Shown in pieces: positions 12,601 to 26,700 of a DNA stretch of 64,000 nucleotides (positions within the stretch are counted from its first letter, which is position 1; each line of letters starts with the position of its first letter). This DNA comes from the human T2T-CHM13v2.0 reference genome, Homo sapiens. The DNA lies in the NCBI RefSeq assembly GCF_009914755.1, contig NC_060925.1. One strand, given 5' to 3'. Under the pieces are notes generated by a model. That model saw nothing but the letters and a program-made list of their open reading frames with translations, did not search any database and was not told where the DNA came from. Both the position numbers and the translations under genes were made by a program.

Positions 12601-14274
12601 ACAAATTATTGCCTTTATGTTGGGACAGAACAGGGCCAGGTAGAAAACAATGAAAGAGAAAGACAGACAGAGACAGAGACAGAGACAGAGACAGAGAGAA
12701 AGTGACCTAGTGAATTGGCCAGGTGACATACTGGTAAGGGAGTCAAAGGACACTCTGACTTAGTGCCCTCATGACACACAGCAAACTGTGATCATGAAAA
12801 GAGTGAGCTCAATAGTTTTCCATAAAATATGCTCAAAATTCGATGCAGTGGCCATGAGAGTACAGCTTTTGAAGTATGGTCAACCTGTGGTACGTTAGGA
12901 AATGATAAGGGGAGGAAGAAATGGAAACCTAAACATCTACTGCAATGAAAACCAACAGCAATGACAGTAGGAGTAATTCAGCCTTCGCTGAAAACATGTC
13001 ATCAAACACACTCTGGTTTCCCTGAATCTGTTGCCTCCAGGTGTTAACACAGAATTAAGCATCCACAATTGCTGAAAGTCACCTGGGGCATGGTGGGTTT
13101 TGATCTTCTTCCCCTTCTTTTCTTCCCCTTCTTCTTTCCTTCTTTGATCTTCTTCCCCTTCTTTTCTTCCCCTTCCCCTTCTTTTCAATTTCTGCAATAA
13201 ATTCAGACATGGACAGACACATTAAGCTGATTCCCCTACACACATAACAATCCACTGTCTAATCCTCACACAGGGACCTCAGGCTCCTCAGCATAAGAAT
13301 AGGACACTGTGAGAGATATATTTCAGGAGGCCTGAAGGCTGGTCATGATAGAAATTCCTCGGTTTTTCTCCCAGAAACTGTGGGTAAAATGTCCCTATTC
13401 TAGTAGATCGTTATCCCAATATCATTTGTCCCAAGTTTGTGCAAACAGTTACGCCATATTTTTCCAATCAACTTAAAGCAAATACCCTCAAATGATTTCT
13501 AGGAGAAAAACTGCAATATTTAGCCCTGTCTCATCAAATACTCAGATTGTTCATGGTTGTGAGGACTTTAGACACTGAAATTAGAGTGAAAAAGGAAATC
13601 TACAAACCCTTGAGTCAAAATCATAGTTCTCTGAATTTGTCACATCTGCCCAGGTCCAATGTCATGAGAATAGGATCAGGGCGCCACAGGTATGGCCTGA
13701 GACTAGGAAGAGAGTCTTGCTCACTGACCCATCCCTTGTCTGGGCTTCCAGGTAGAACTAGAGTTTCATTCAACCTACATGTGCCTATAGGTCCTCCCTG
13801 TGGCAATGACATCTCTCAGCTCAGTAATGGCCACTTGGAGCAGGAATATGATCTTTATATGGAAGACTCAGTGGATCCTTATCACCTTCATAGAAAGGTA
13901 CTCACCTCCCACGTCAAGAGAAAAGCCAACATGTTTTTCCTCCAATGCATAAAAGGAACTTCCATAGGGCTGGCAGGAGTCAGGCTGTTCAAGACAACTG
14001 GAAGGAGTTGAATAACATCTATCCAGTGAGTCCTGCAAGACTTCAGGCTCTACTACCTCCAGCAGCTCCCTGCTGAGCCTGGAAAAGGAGGAAAAAGTAA
14101 AGAATAAGCCAGGGGAAATCAGACACAACAGAGCCCCAACTAGGTTTCATGGGTAGCATAGGGAAGTGGTTAAAAAACTAAAAGGATAGATCCATTAATG
14201 AGGTAACAAATTATTGCCTTCATGTTGGGACAGAACAGGGCCAAATGGAAAAGAATGAAAGAGAAAGACAGATA

Positions 14275-14326
<52 letters not shown>

Positions 14327-17300
14327 ACGAGCTCAGTGAATTGTCCAGGTGACACACTGATGAGGGAGTAACAGGACACTCTGAGTTAGTGCCCTCAGGA
14401 CACACAGCATACAGGGATCATGAAAAGACTGTGCTCAATAATTTTCCATAAAATGTGCTCAAGTTTCCATGCAGTCGCCATGAGAATACAGTTTTTGAAG
14501 TCTGGTCCACCTACAGTAGGTTAGTAAATGATAAGGGGAGGAAGAAATGGAAACCTAAATATCTACTGCAATGAAAACCAACAGCAATGTTAGTAGGAAT
14601 AATTCAGGCTTGGTTGAAAAGATGTAATCGATAATGTCAGCCCGCACTGTTTTCCCTGAACCAGGAGTCTCCAGATGTCAACACAGAAGTAGCTGTTCAC
14701 AATTGCTCAGTTACCTGGGGCATGGTGGGCCTTGGTCTTCTTCCTCTTCTTGGTCCTTTTTAATTCCTGCAATACATTCAGACAGGGACAGACAAAATAA
14801 GCCAATTCACCTACACCCATAACAGTCCACTGTCTAATCCCCACACAGGGATCTCAGGCTCCTCAGCATGAGAACAGGACAATGTGAGAGATATACTTCA
14901 GGAGGCCTGAAAGCTGGTCATGATATTCTTTGGTTTACATCTCAGAACCAAGGGTGAAATATCCCCATTCTGGTACATCGTTATCCCAAAATCATTTATC
15001 CCAAGTTTGTGCAAACAGTTATGCTTTATTGTTCCCATCAGTTCAAAGAAAATGCCCCAGATGATTTCCAGGAGGAAAACTAAAGTATTCAGCCCTGTCT
15101 CATCAAATGCCCAGCTCGTTCATGGATGCAAGAATTTTAGACACTGAAATTAGAATGAAGGAGGAAATCTACAAACCCTTGAGTCCAAATCATACTTCTG
15201 TGAATTTTTTACATCTGCCTGGGTCCAATGTGCTGAGAGCGGGCTCAGGTTGCCACAGGCATGGCTGGAGACTAGGAATAGAGCCTTGCTCACTGACCCA
15301 TTTCATGTCTAGGCTTCCAACTGAGACTACAGTTTCATTACAACCTATATGCGCCCATAGGTCCTGCCTGCGGCAATGACGTCTCTCGGGTCAGTAAGGG
15401 GCACTTGGAACAGGAATATCACCCCTATCTGGAAGACCAGGTGGAGGCTTATCACCTTCACAGTAAGGTACTCACTGTCCACGTCAAGAGCCAAGCCAAG
15501 GTACTGTTCCTCCAATGAGTAAACAGCACTGCTGTAGGGCTGGCCTAAGTCAGGCAGTTCAAGATAACCTGAAGGAGTCGAATAACATCTATCCAGTGAG
15601 TCCTGCAAGACTTCAGGCTCTTTCTCATCCAGCAGCTCCCTGCTGAGCCTGGAAAAGTAGGAAAAAGTAAAGAATAAGTCAGGGGGAATCAGAAACCACA
15701 CAGCCCCAGCTAGATTTCATGGCTAACATAAGGAACTGTTTAAAAAGAAAAAGGACAGATCCATTAATGAGGTAATGAATTATTGCCTTTATGTTGGGAT
15801 AGACCAGGGCCAGGTAGAAAAGAATGAAAGAGAAAGACAGGGAGAGGGAGAGAGAGAGAGAGGAGAAAGTGAGCTCAGCGAATTGGCCGGGTGACACACT
15901 GATGAAGGGGTCAAAGGACACTCTGAGTTAGTGCCCTCGGGACACACAGCGAACAGTGATCATGAAAAGAGTGGGCTCAATAATTTTCCATAACCTTGCT
16001 CAAGATTCCATGCAGTTGCCATACAGCCTTTGAGGTATGGTCAACCTATAGTAAGTGAGTAAATGATAAGGGGAGGAAGAAATGGAAACCTAAACATCTA
16101 CTGCAATGAAAACCAACAGCAATGTCAGTAGGAGTAATTCAACCTTCGTTGAAAACATGAAATTGAACACACTCTTGTTTTCCCTGGACCTGGCATCTCC
16201 AGGTGTCAACACAGAATTAAGCATCCATAATTGCTCAAAGTTACCTGGGGCATGATGGGTCTTGGTCTTCTTCCACTTCTTGGTACTTTTCAATTTCTGC
16301 AATAAGTTCAGACATGGACAGACATATTAAGCTGGTTCTCCTACACACATAACAATCCACTGTCTAATCCTCACACAGGGACTTCAGGCTCCTCAGCATG
16401 AGAATAGGACACTGTGAGAGATAGTCTTCAGGAGGCCTGAAGGCTGATCACCATAGAGATTCCTTGGTTTTTGTCCCAGAAACTGTGGGTAAAATTCCCT
16501 ATTCTGGTAGATCGTTATCCCAATATCATTTGTCCCAAGTTTGTGCAAATGGTTATGCCATATTTTTCCAATCGATTTAAAGCAAATGCCCCCAAATGGC
16601 TGCTAGGAGAAAAACTGCACTATTCAGCCCTGTCTCATCAAATACTCAGATTGTTCATGGTAGTGAGGATTTTAGACGCTGAAATTAGAGTGAAGGATGA
16701 AATCGACAAGATCTACAAAATTGAGACAAAATCAGAGTTGTGTGAATTTGTCACATCTGCCCAGATCCAACATCTTGAGAGTAGGATTAGGGCGCCACGG
16801 GCATGGCCTGAGACTAGGAAGAGAGCCTTGCTCACTGACCCATCCCTTGTCTGGGCTTCCAAGTGGAACTAGAGTTTCACTCAACCTACATGTGCCTATA
16901 GTTCCTCCCTGTGGCAATGACATCTCTCAGCTCAGTAAGGGCCACTTGCAGTAGGAATATGACCCTAACCAGAAGACTCAGTGGATCCTTATCACCTTCA
17001 TAGAAAGGTACTCACCATCCATGTCAACAGCCAAGCCAACATGCTGTTGCTCCAATACATAAAAGGCACTTCTGTAGGGCTGGCATGAGTCAGTCAGTTC
17101 AAGACAACCTGAAGGAGTTGAATAACATCTATCCAGTGAGTCCTGCAAGACTTCAGGCCCTTTCTCATCCAGCAGCTCCCTGCTGAGCCTGGAAAAGTGG
17201 GAAAAAGTAAAGAATAAGCCAGGGGGAATCAGAAACCACACAGCCCCACCTAGATTTCATGGCTAACGTAAGGAAGAGTTTGAAAAGAAAAAGGACAGAT

Positions 17301-18988
17301 CCATTAATGAGGTAACAAATTATTGCCTTTATGATGGGACAGAACAGGGCCAGGTAGAAAACAATGAAAGAGAAAGACAGACAGAGACAGAGACAGAGAC
17401 AGAGACAGAGAGAAAGTGACCTAGTGAATTGGCCAGGTGACATACTGGTAAGGGAGTCAAAGGACACTCTGACTTAGTGCCCTCATGACACACAGCAAAC
17501 TGTGATCATGAAAAGAGTGAGCTCAATAGTTTTCCATAAAATATGCTCAAAATTCGATGCAGTGGCCATGAGAGTACAGCTTTTGAAGTATGGTCAACCT
17601 ATGGTACGTTAGGAAATGATAAGGGGAGGAAGAAATGGAAACCTAAACATCTACTGCAATGAAAACCAACAGCAATGACAGTAGGAGTAATTCAGCCTTC
17701 GCTGAAAACATGTCATCAAACACACTCTGGTTTCCCTGAATCTGTTGCTTCCAGGTGTTAACACAGAATTAAGCATCCACAATTGCTGAAAGTCACCTGG
17801 GGCATGGTGGGTTTTGATCTTCTTCCCCTTCTTTTCTTCCCCTTCTTCTTTCCTTCTTTGATCTTCTTCCCCTTCTTTTCTTCCCCTTCCCCTTCTTTTC
17901 AATTTCTGCAATAAATTCAGACATGGACAGACACATTAAGCTGATTCCCCTACACACATAACAATCCACTGTCTAATCCTCACACAGGGACCTCAGGCTC
18001 CTCAGCATAAGAATAGGACACTGTGAGAGATATATTTCAGGAGGCCTGAAGGCTGGTCATGATAGAAATTCCTCGGTTTTTCTCCCAGAAACTGTGGGTA
18101 AAATGTCCCTATTCTAGTAGATCGTTATCCCAATATCATTTGTCCCAAGTTTGTGCAAACAGTTACGCCATATTTTTCCAATCAACTTAAAGCAAATACC
18201 CTCAAATGATTTCTAGGAGAAAAACTGCAATATTTAGCCCTGTCTCATCAAATACTCAGATTGTTCATGGTTGTGAGGACTTTAGACACTGAAATTAGAG
18301 TGAAAAAGGAAATCTACAAACCCTTGAGTCAAAATCATAGTTCTCTGAATTTGTCACATCTGCCCAGGTCCAATGTCATGAGAATAGGATCAGGGCGCCA
18401 CAGGTATGGCCTGAGACTAGGAAGAGAGTCTTGCTCACTGACCCATCCCTTGTCTGGGCTTCCAGGTAGAACTAGAGTTTCATTCAACCTACATGTGCCT
18501 ATAGGTCCTCCCTGTGGCAATGACATCTCTCAGCTCAGTAATGGCCACTTGGAGCAGGAATATGATCTTTATATGGAAGACTCAGTGGATCCTTATCACC
18601 TTCATAGAAAGGTACTCACCTCCCACGTCAAGAGAAAAGCCAACATGTTTTTCCTCCAATGCATAAAAGGAACTTCCATAGGGCTGGCAGGAGTCAGGCT
18701 GTTCAAGACAACTGGAAGGAGTTGAATAACATCTATCCAGTGAGTCCTGCAAGACTTCAGGCTCTACTACCTCCAGCAGCTCCCTGCTGAGCCTGGAAAA
18801 GGAGGAAAAAGTAAAGAATAAGCCAGGGGAAATCAGACACAACAGAGCCCCAACTAGGTTTCATGGGTAGCATAGGGAAGTGGTTAAAAAACTAAAAGGA
18901 TAGATCCATTAATGAGGTAACAAATTATTGCCTTCATGTTGGGACAGAACAGGGCCAAATGGAAAAGAATGAAAGAGAAAGACAGATA

Positions 18989-19054
<66 letters not shown>

Positions 19055-22000
19055 ACGAGCTCAGTGAATTGTCCAGGTGACGCACTGATGAGGGAGTAAC
19101 AGGACACTCTGAGTTAGTGCCCTCAGGACACACAGCATACAGGGATCATGAAAAGACTGTGCTCAATAATTTTCCATAAAATGTGCTCAAGTTTCCATGC
19201 AGTCGCCATGAGAATACAGTTTTTGAAGTCTGGTCCACCTACAGTAGGTTAGTAAATGATAAGGGGAGGAAGAAATGGAAACCTAAATATCTACTGCAAT
19301 GAAAACCAACAGCAATGTTAGTAGGAATAATTCAGGCTTGGTTGAAAAGATGTAATCGATAATGTCAGCCCGCTCTGTTTTCCCTGAACCTGGAGTCTCC
19401 AGATGTCAACACAGAAGTAGCTGTTCACAATTGCTCAGTTACCTGGGGCATGGTGGGTCTTGGTCTTCGTCTTCTTCCTCTTCTTGGTCCTTTTTAATTC
19501 CTGCAATACATTCAGACAGGGACAGACAAAATAAGCCAATTCACCTACACCCATAACAGTCCACTGTCTAATCCCCACACAGGGATCTCAGACTCCTCAG
19601 CATGAGAACAGGACAATGTGAGAGATATACTTCAGGAGGCCTGAAAGCTGGTCATGATATTCCTTGGTTTGCATATCAGAACCAAGGGTGAAATATCCCC
19701 ATTCTGGTAGATCGTTATCCCAAAATCATTTATCCCAAGTTTGTGCAAACAGTTATGCTTTATTGTTCCCATCAGTTCAAAGAAAATGCCCCAGATGATT
19801 TCCAGGAGGAAAACTAAAGTATTCAGCCCTGTCTCATCAAATGCCCAGCTCGTTCATGGATGCAAGAATTTTAGACACTGAAATTAGAATGAAGGAGGAA
19901 ATCTACAAACCCTTCAGTCCAAATCATACTTCTGTGAATTTTTTACATCTGCCTGGGTCCAATGTGCTGAGAGCGGGCTCAGGTTGCCACAGGCATGGCT
20001 GGAGACTAGGAATAGAGCCTTGCTCACTGACCCATTTCATGTCTAGGCTTCCAACTGAGACTACAGATTCATTACAACCTATATGCGCCCATAGGTCCTG
20101 CCTGCGGCAATGACGTCTCTCGGGTCAGTAAGGGGCACTTGGAACAGGAATATCACCCCTATCTGGAAGACCAGGTGGAGGCTTATCACCTTCACAGTAA
20201 GGTACTCACTGTCCACGTCAAGAGCCAAGCCAAGGTACTGTTCCTCCAATGAGTAAACAGCACTGCTGTAGGGCTGGCCTAAGTCAGGCAGTTCAAGATA
20301 ACCTGAAGGAGTCGAATAACATCTATCCAGTGAGTCCTGCAAGACTTCAGGCTCTTTCTCATCCAGCAGCTCCCTGCTGAGCCTGGAAAAGTAGGAAAAA
20401 GTAAAGAATAAGCCAGGGGGAATCAGAAACCACACAGCCCCAGCTAGATTTCATGGCTAACATAAGGAACTGTTTAAAAAAAAAAGGACAGATCCGTTAA
20501 TGAGGTAATGAATTATTGCCTTTATGTTGGGATAGACCAGGGCCAGGTAGAAAAGAATGAAAGAGAAAGACAGGGAGAGGGAGAGAGAGAGAGAGGAGAA
20601 AGTGAGCTCAGCGAATTGGCCGGGTGACACACTGATGAAGGGGTCAAAGGACACTCTGAGTTAGTGCCCTCGGGACACACAGCGAACAGTGATCATGAAA
20701 AGAGTGGGCTCAATAATTTTCCATAAACTTGCTCAAGATTCCATGCAGTTGCCATACAGCCTTTGAGGTATGGTCAACCTATAGTAAGTGAGTAAATGAT
20801 AAGGGGAGGAAGAAATGGAAACCTAAACATCTACTGCAATGAAAACCAACAGCAATGTCAGTAGGAGTAATTCAACCTTCGTTGAAAACATGAAATTGAA
20901 CACACTCTTGTTTTCCCTGGACCTGGCATCTCCAGGTGTCAACACAGAATTAAGCATCCATAATTGCTCATAGTTACCTGGGGCATGATGGGTCTTGGTC
21001 TTCTTCCACTTCTTGGTACTTTTCAATTTCTGCAATAAGTTCAGACATGGACAGACATATTAAGCTGGTTCTCCTAAACACACATAACAATCCACTGTCT
21101 AATCCTCACACATTGACTTCAGGCTCCTCAGCATGAGAATAGGACACTGTGAGAGATATTCTTCAGGAGGCATGAAGGCTGATCACCATAGAGATTCCTT
21201 GGTTTTTGTCCCAGAAACTGTGGGTAAAATTCCCTATTCTGGTAGATCGTTATCCCAATATCATTTGTCCCAAGTTTGTGCAAATGGTTATGCCATATTT
21301 TTCCAATCGATTTAAAGGAATTGCCCCCAAATGGTTGCTAGGAGAAAAACTGCACTATTCAGCCCTGTCTCATCAAATACTCAGATTGTTCATGGTAGCG
21401 AGGATTTCAGACGCTGAAATTAGAGTGAAGGATGAAATCGACAAGATCTACAAAATTGAGACAAAATCAGAGTTGTGTGAATTTGTCACATCTGCCCAGA
21501 TCCAACATCTTGAGAGTAGGATTAGGGCGCCACGGGCATGGCCTGAGACTAGGAAGAGAGCCTTGCTCACTGACCCATCCCTTGTCTGGGCTTCCAAGTG
21601 GAACTAGAGTTTCACTCAACCTACATGTGCCTATAGTTCCTCCCTGTGGCAATGACATCTCTCAGCTCAGTAAGGGCCACTTGCAGTAGGAATATGACCC
21701 TAACCAGAAGACTCAGTGGATCCTTATCACCTTCATAGAAAGGTACTCACCATCCATGTCAACAGCCAAGCCAACATGCTGTTGCTCCAATACATAAAAG
21801 GCACTTCTGTAGGGCTGGCATGAGTCAGTCAGTTCAAGACAACCTGAAGGAGTTGAATAACATCTATCCAGTGAGTCCTGCAAGACTTCAGGCCCTTTCT
21901 CATCCAGCAGCTCCCTGCTGAGCCTGGAAAAGTGGGAAAAAGTAAAGAATAAGCCAGGGGGAATCAGAAACCACACAGCCCCACCTAGATTTCATGGCTA

Positions 22001-23723
22001 ACGTAAGGAAGAGTTTGAAAAGAAAAAGGACAGATCCATTAATGAGGTAACAAATTATTGCCTTTATGATGGGACAGAACAGGGCCAGGTAGAAAACAAT
22101 GAAAGAGAAAGACAGACAGAGACAGAGACAGAGACAGAGACAGAGAGAAAGTGACCTAGTGAATTGGCCAGGTGACATACTGGTAAGGGAGTCAAAGGAC
22201 ACTCTGACTTAGTGCCCTCATGACACACAGCAAACTGTGATCATGAAAAGAGTGAGCTCAATAGTTTTCCATAAAATATGCTCAAAATTCGATGCAGTGG
22301 CCATGAGAGTACAGCTTTTGAAGTATGGTCAACCTATGGTACGTTAGGAAATGATAAGGGGAGGAAGAAATGGAAACCTAAACATCTACTGCAATGAAAA
22401 CCAACAGCAATGACAGTAGGAGTAATTCAGCCTTCGCTGAAAACATGTCATCAAACACACTCTGGTTTCCCTGAATCTGTTGCTTCCAGGTGTTAACACA
22501 GAATTAAGCATCCACAATTGCTGAAAGTCACCTGGGGCATGGTGGGTTTTGATCTTCTTCCCCTTCTTTTCTTCCCCTTCTTCTTTCCTTCTTTGATCTT
22601 CTTCCCCTTCTTTTCTTCCCCTTCCCCTTCTTTTCAATTTCTGCAATAAATTCAGACATGGACAGACACATTAAGCTGATTCCCCTACACACATAACAAT
22701 CCACTGTCTAATCCTCACACAGGGACCTCAGGCTCCTCAGCATAAGAATAGGACACTGTGAGAGATATATTTCAGGAGGCCTGAAGGCTGGTCATGATAG
22801 AAATTCCTCGGTTTTTCTCCCAGAAACTGTGGGTAAAATGTCCCTATTCTAGTAGATCGTTATCCCAATATCATTTGTCCCAAGTTTGTGCAAACAGTTA
22901 CGCCATATTTTTCCAATCAACTTAAAGCAAATACCCTCAAATGATTTCTAGGAGAAAAACTGCAATATTTAGCCCTGTCTCATCAAATACTCAGATTGTT
23001 CATGGTTGTGAGGACTTTAGACACTGAAATTAGAGTGAAAAAGGAAATCTACAAACCCTTGAGTCAAAATCATAGTTCTCTGAATTTGTCACATCTGCCC
23101 AGGTCCAATGTCATGAGAATAGGATCAGGGCGCCACAGGTATGGCCTGAGACTAGGAAGAGAGTCTTGCTCACTGACCCATCCCTTGTCTGGGCTTCCAG
23201 GTAGAACTAGAGTTTCATTCAACCTACATGTGCCTATAGGTCCTCCCTGTGGCAATGACATCTCTCAGCTCAGTAATGGCCACTTGGAGCAGGAATATGA
23301 TCTTTATATGGAAGACTCAGTGGATCCTTATCACCTTCATAGAAAGGTACTCACCTCCCACGTCAAGAGAAAAGCCAACATGTTTTTCCTCCAATGCATA
23401 AAAGGAACTTCCATAGGGCTGGCAGGAGTCAGGCTGTTCAAGACAACTGGAAGGAGTTGAATAACATCTATCCAGTGAGTCCTGCAAGACTTCAGGCTCT
23501 ACTACCTCCAGCAGCTCCCTGCTGAGCCTGGAAAAGGAGGAAAAAGTAAAGAATAAGCCAGGGGAAATCAGACACAACAGAGCCCCAACTAGGTTTCATG
23601 GGTAGCATAGGGAAGTGGTTAAAAAACTAAAAGGATAGATCCATTAATGAGGTAACAAATTATTGCCTTCATGTTGGGACAGAACAGGGCCAAATGGAAA
23701 AGAATGAAAGAGAAAGACAGATA

Positions 23724-23787
<64 letters not shown>

Positions 23788-26700
23788 ACGAGCTCAGTGA
23801 ATTGTCCAGGTGACGCACTGATGAGGGAGTAACAGGACACTCTGAGTTAGTGCCCTCAGGACACACAGCATACAGGGATCATGAAAAGACTGTGCTCAAT
23901 AATTTTCCATAAAATGTGCTCAAGTTTCCATGCAGTCGCCATGAGAATACAGTTTTTGAAGTCTGGTCCACCTACAGTAGGTTAGTAAATGATAAGGGGA
24001 GGAAGAAATGGAAACCTAAATATCTACTGCAATGAAAACCAACAGCAATGTTAGTAGGAATAATTCAGGCTTGGTTGAAAAGATGTAATCGATAATGTCA
24101 GCCCGCTCTGTTTTCCCTGAACCTGGAGTCTCCAGATGTCAACACAGAAGTAGCTGTTCACAATTGCTCAGTTACCTGGGGCATGGTGGGTCTTGGTCTT
24201 CGTCTTCTTCCTCTTCTTGGTCCTTTTTAATTCCTGCAATACATTCAGACAGGGACAGACAAAATAAGCCAATTCACCTACACCCATAACAGTCCACTGT
24301 CTAATCCCCACACAGGGATCTCAGACTCCTCAGCATGAGAACAGGACAATGTGAGAGATATACTTCAGGAGGCCTGAAAGCTGGTCATGATATTCCTTGG
24401 TTTGCATATCAGAACCAAGGGTGAAATATCCCCATTCTGGTAGATCGTTATCCCAAAATCATTTATCCCAAGTTTGTGCAAACAGTTATGCTTTATTGTT
24501 CCCATCAGTTCAAAGAAAATGCCCCAGATGATTTCCAGGAGGAAAACTAAAGTATTCAGCCCTGTCTCATCAAATGCCCAGCTCGTTCATGGATGCAAGA
24601 ATTTTAGACACTGAAATTAGAATGAAGGAGGAAATCTACAAACCCTTCAGTCCAAATCATACTTCTGTGAATTTTTTACATCTGCCTGGGTCCAATGTGC
24701 TGAGAGCGGGCTCAGGTTGCCACAGGCATGGCTGGAGACTAGGAATAGAGCCTTGCTCACTGACCCATTTCATGTCTAGGCTTCCAACTGAGACTACAGA
24801 TTCATTACAACCTATATGCGCCCATAGGTCCTGCCTGCGGCAATGACGTCTCTCGGGTCAGTAAGGGGCACTTGGAACAGGAATATCACCCCTATCTGGA
24901 AGACCAGGTGGAGGCTTATCACCTTCACAGTAAGGTACTCACTGTCCACGTCAAGAGCCAAGCCAAGGTACTGTTCCTCCAATGAGTAAACAGCACTGCT
25001 GTAGGGCTGGCCTAAGTCAGGCAGTTCAAGATAACCTGAAGGAGTCGAATAACATCTATCCAGTGAGTCCTGCAAGACTTCAGGCTCTTTCTCATCCAGC
25101 AGCTCCCTGCTGAGCCTGGAAAAGTAGGAAAAAGTAAAGAATAAGCCAGGGGGAATCAGAAACCACACAGCCCCAGCTAGATTTCATGGCTAACATAAGG
25201 AACTGTTTAAAAAAAAAAGGACAGATCCGTTAATGAGGTAATGAATTATTGCCTTTATGTTGGGATAGACCAGGGCCAGGTAGAAAAGAATGAAAGAGAA
25301 AGACAGGGAGAGGGAGAGAGAGAGAGAGGAGAAAGTGAGCTCAGCGAATTGGCCGGGTGACACACTGATGAAGGGGTCAAAGGACACTCTGAGTTAGTGC
25401 CCTCGGGACACACAGCGAACAGTGATCATGAAAAGAGTGGGCTCAATAATTTTCCATAAACTTGCTCAAGATTCCATGCAGTTGCCATACAGCCTTTGAG
25501 GTATGGTCAACCTATAGTAAGTGAGTAAATGATAAGGGGAGGAAGAAATGGAAACCTAAACATCTACTGCAATGAAAACCAACAGCAATGTCAGTAGGAG
25601 TAATTCAACCTTCGTTGAAAACATGAAATTGAACACACTCTTGTTTTCCCTGGACCTGGCATCTCCAGGTGTCAACACAGAATTAAGCATCCATAATTGC
25701 TCATAGTTACCTGGGGCATGATGGGTCTTGGTCTTCTTCCACTTCTTGGTACTTTTCAATTTCTGCAATAAGTTCAGACATGGACAGACATATTAAGCTG
25801 GTTCTCCTAAACACACATAACAATCCACTGTCTAATCCTCACACATTGACTTCAGGCTCCTCAGCATGAGAATAGGACACTGTGAGAGATATTCTTCAGG
25901 AGGCATGAAGGCTGATCACCATAGAGATTCCTTGGTTTTTGTCCCAGAAACTGTGGGTAAAATTCCCTATTCTGGTAGATCGTTATCCCAATATCATTTG
26001 TCCCAAGTTTGTGCAAATGGTTATGCCATATTTTTCCAATCGATTTAAAGGAATTGCCCCCAAATGGTTGCTAGGAGAAAAACTGCACTATTCAGCCCTG
26101 TCTCATCAAATACTCAGATTGTTCATGGTAGCGAGGATTTCAGACGCTGAAATCAGAGTGAAGGATGAAATCTACAAGATCTACAAAATTGAGACAAAAT
26201 CAGAGTTGTGTGAATTTGTCACATCTGCCCAGGTCCAATGTCATGAGAGTAGGATTAGGGCGCCACAGGCATGGCCTGAGACTAGGAAGAGAGCCTTGCT
26301 CACTGACCCATCCCTTGTCTGGGCTTCCAAGTGGAACTAGAGTTTCATTCAACCTACATGTGCCTATAGGTCCTCCCTGTGGCAATGACATCTCTCAGCT
26401 CAGTAAGGGCCACTTGCAGTAGGAATATGACCCTAACCAGAAGACTCAGTGGATCCTTATCACCTTCATAGAAAGGTACTCACCATCCATGTCAACAGCC
26501 ATGCCAACACGCTGTTGCTCCAATACATAAAAGGCACTTCTGTAGGGCTGGCATGAGTCAGTCAGTTCAAGACAACCTGAAGGAGTTGAATAACATCTAT
26601 CCAGTGAGTCTTGCAAGACTTCAGGCCCTTTCTCATCCAGCAGCTCCCTGCTGAGCCTGGAAAAGTGGGAAAAAGTAAAGAATAAGCCAGGGGGAATCAG

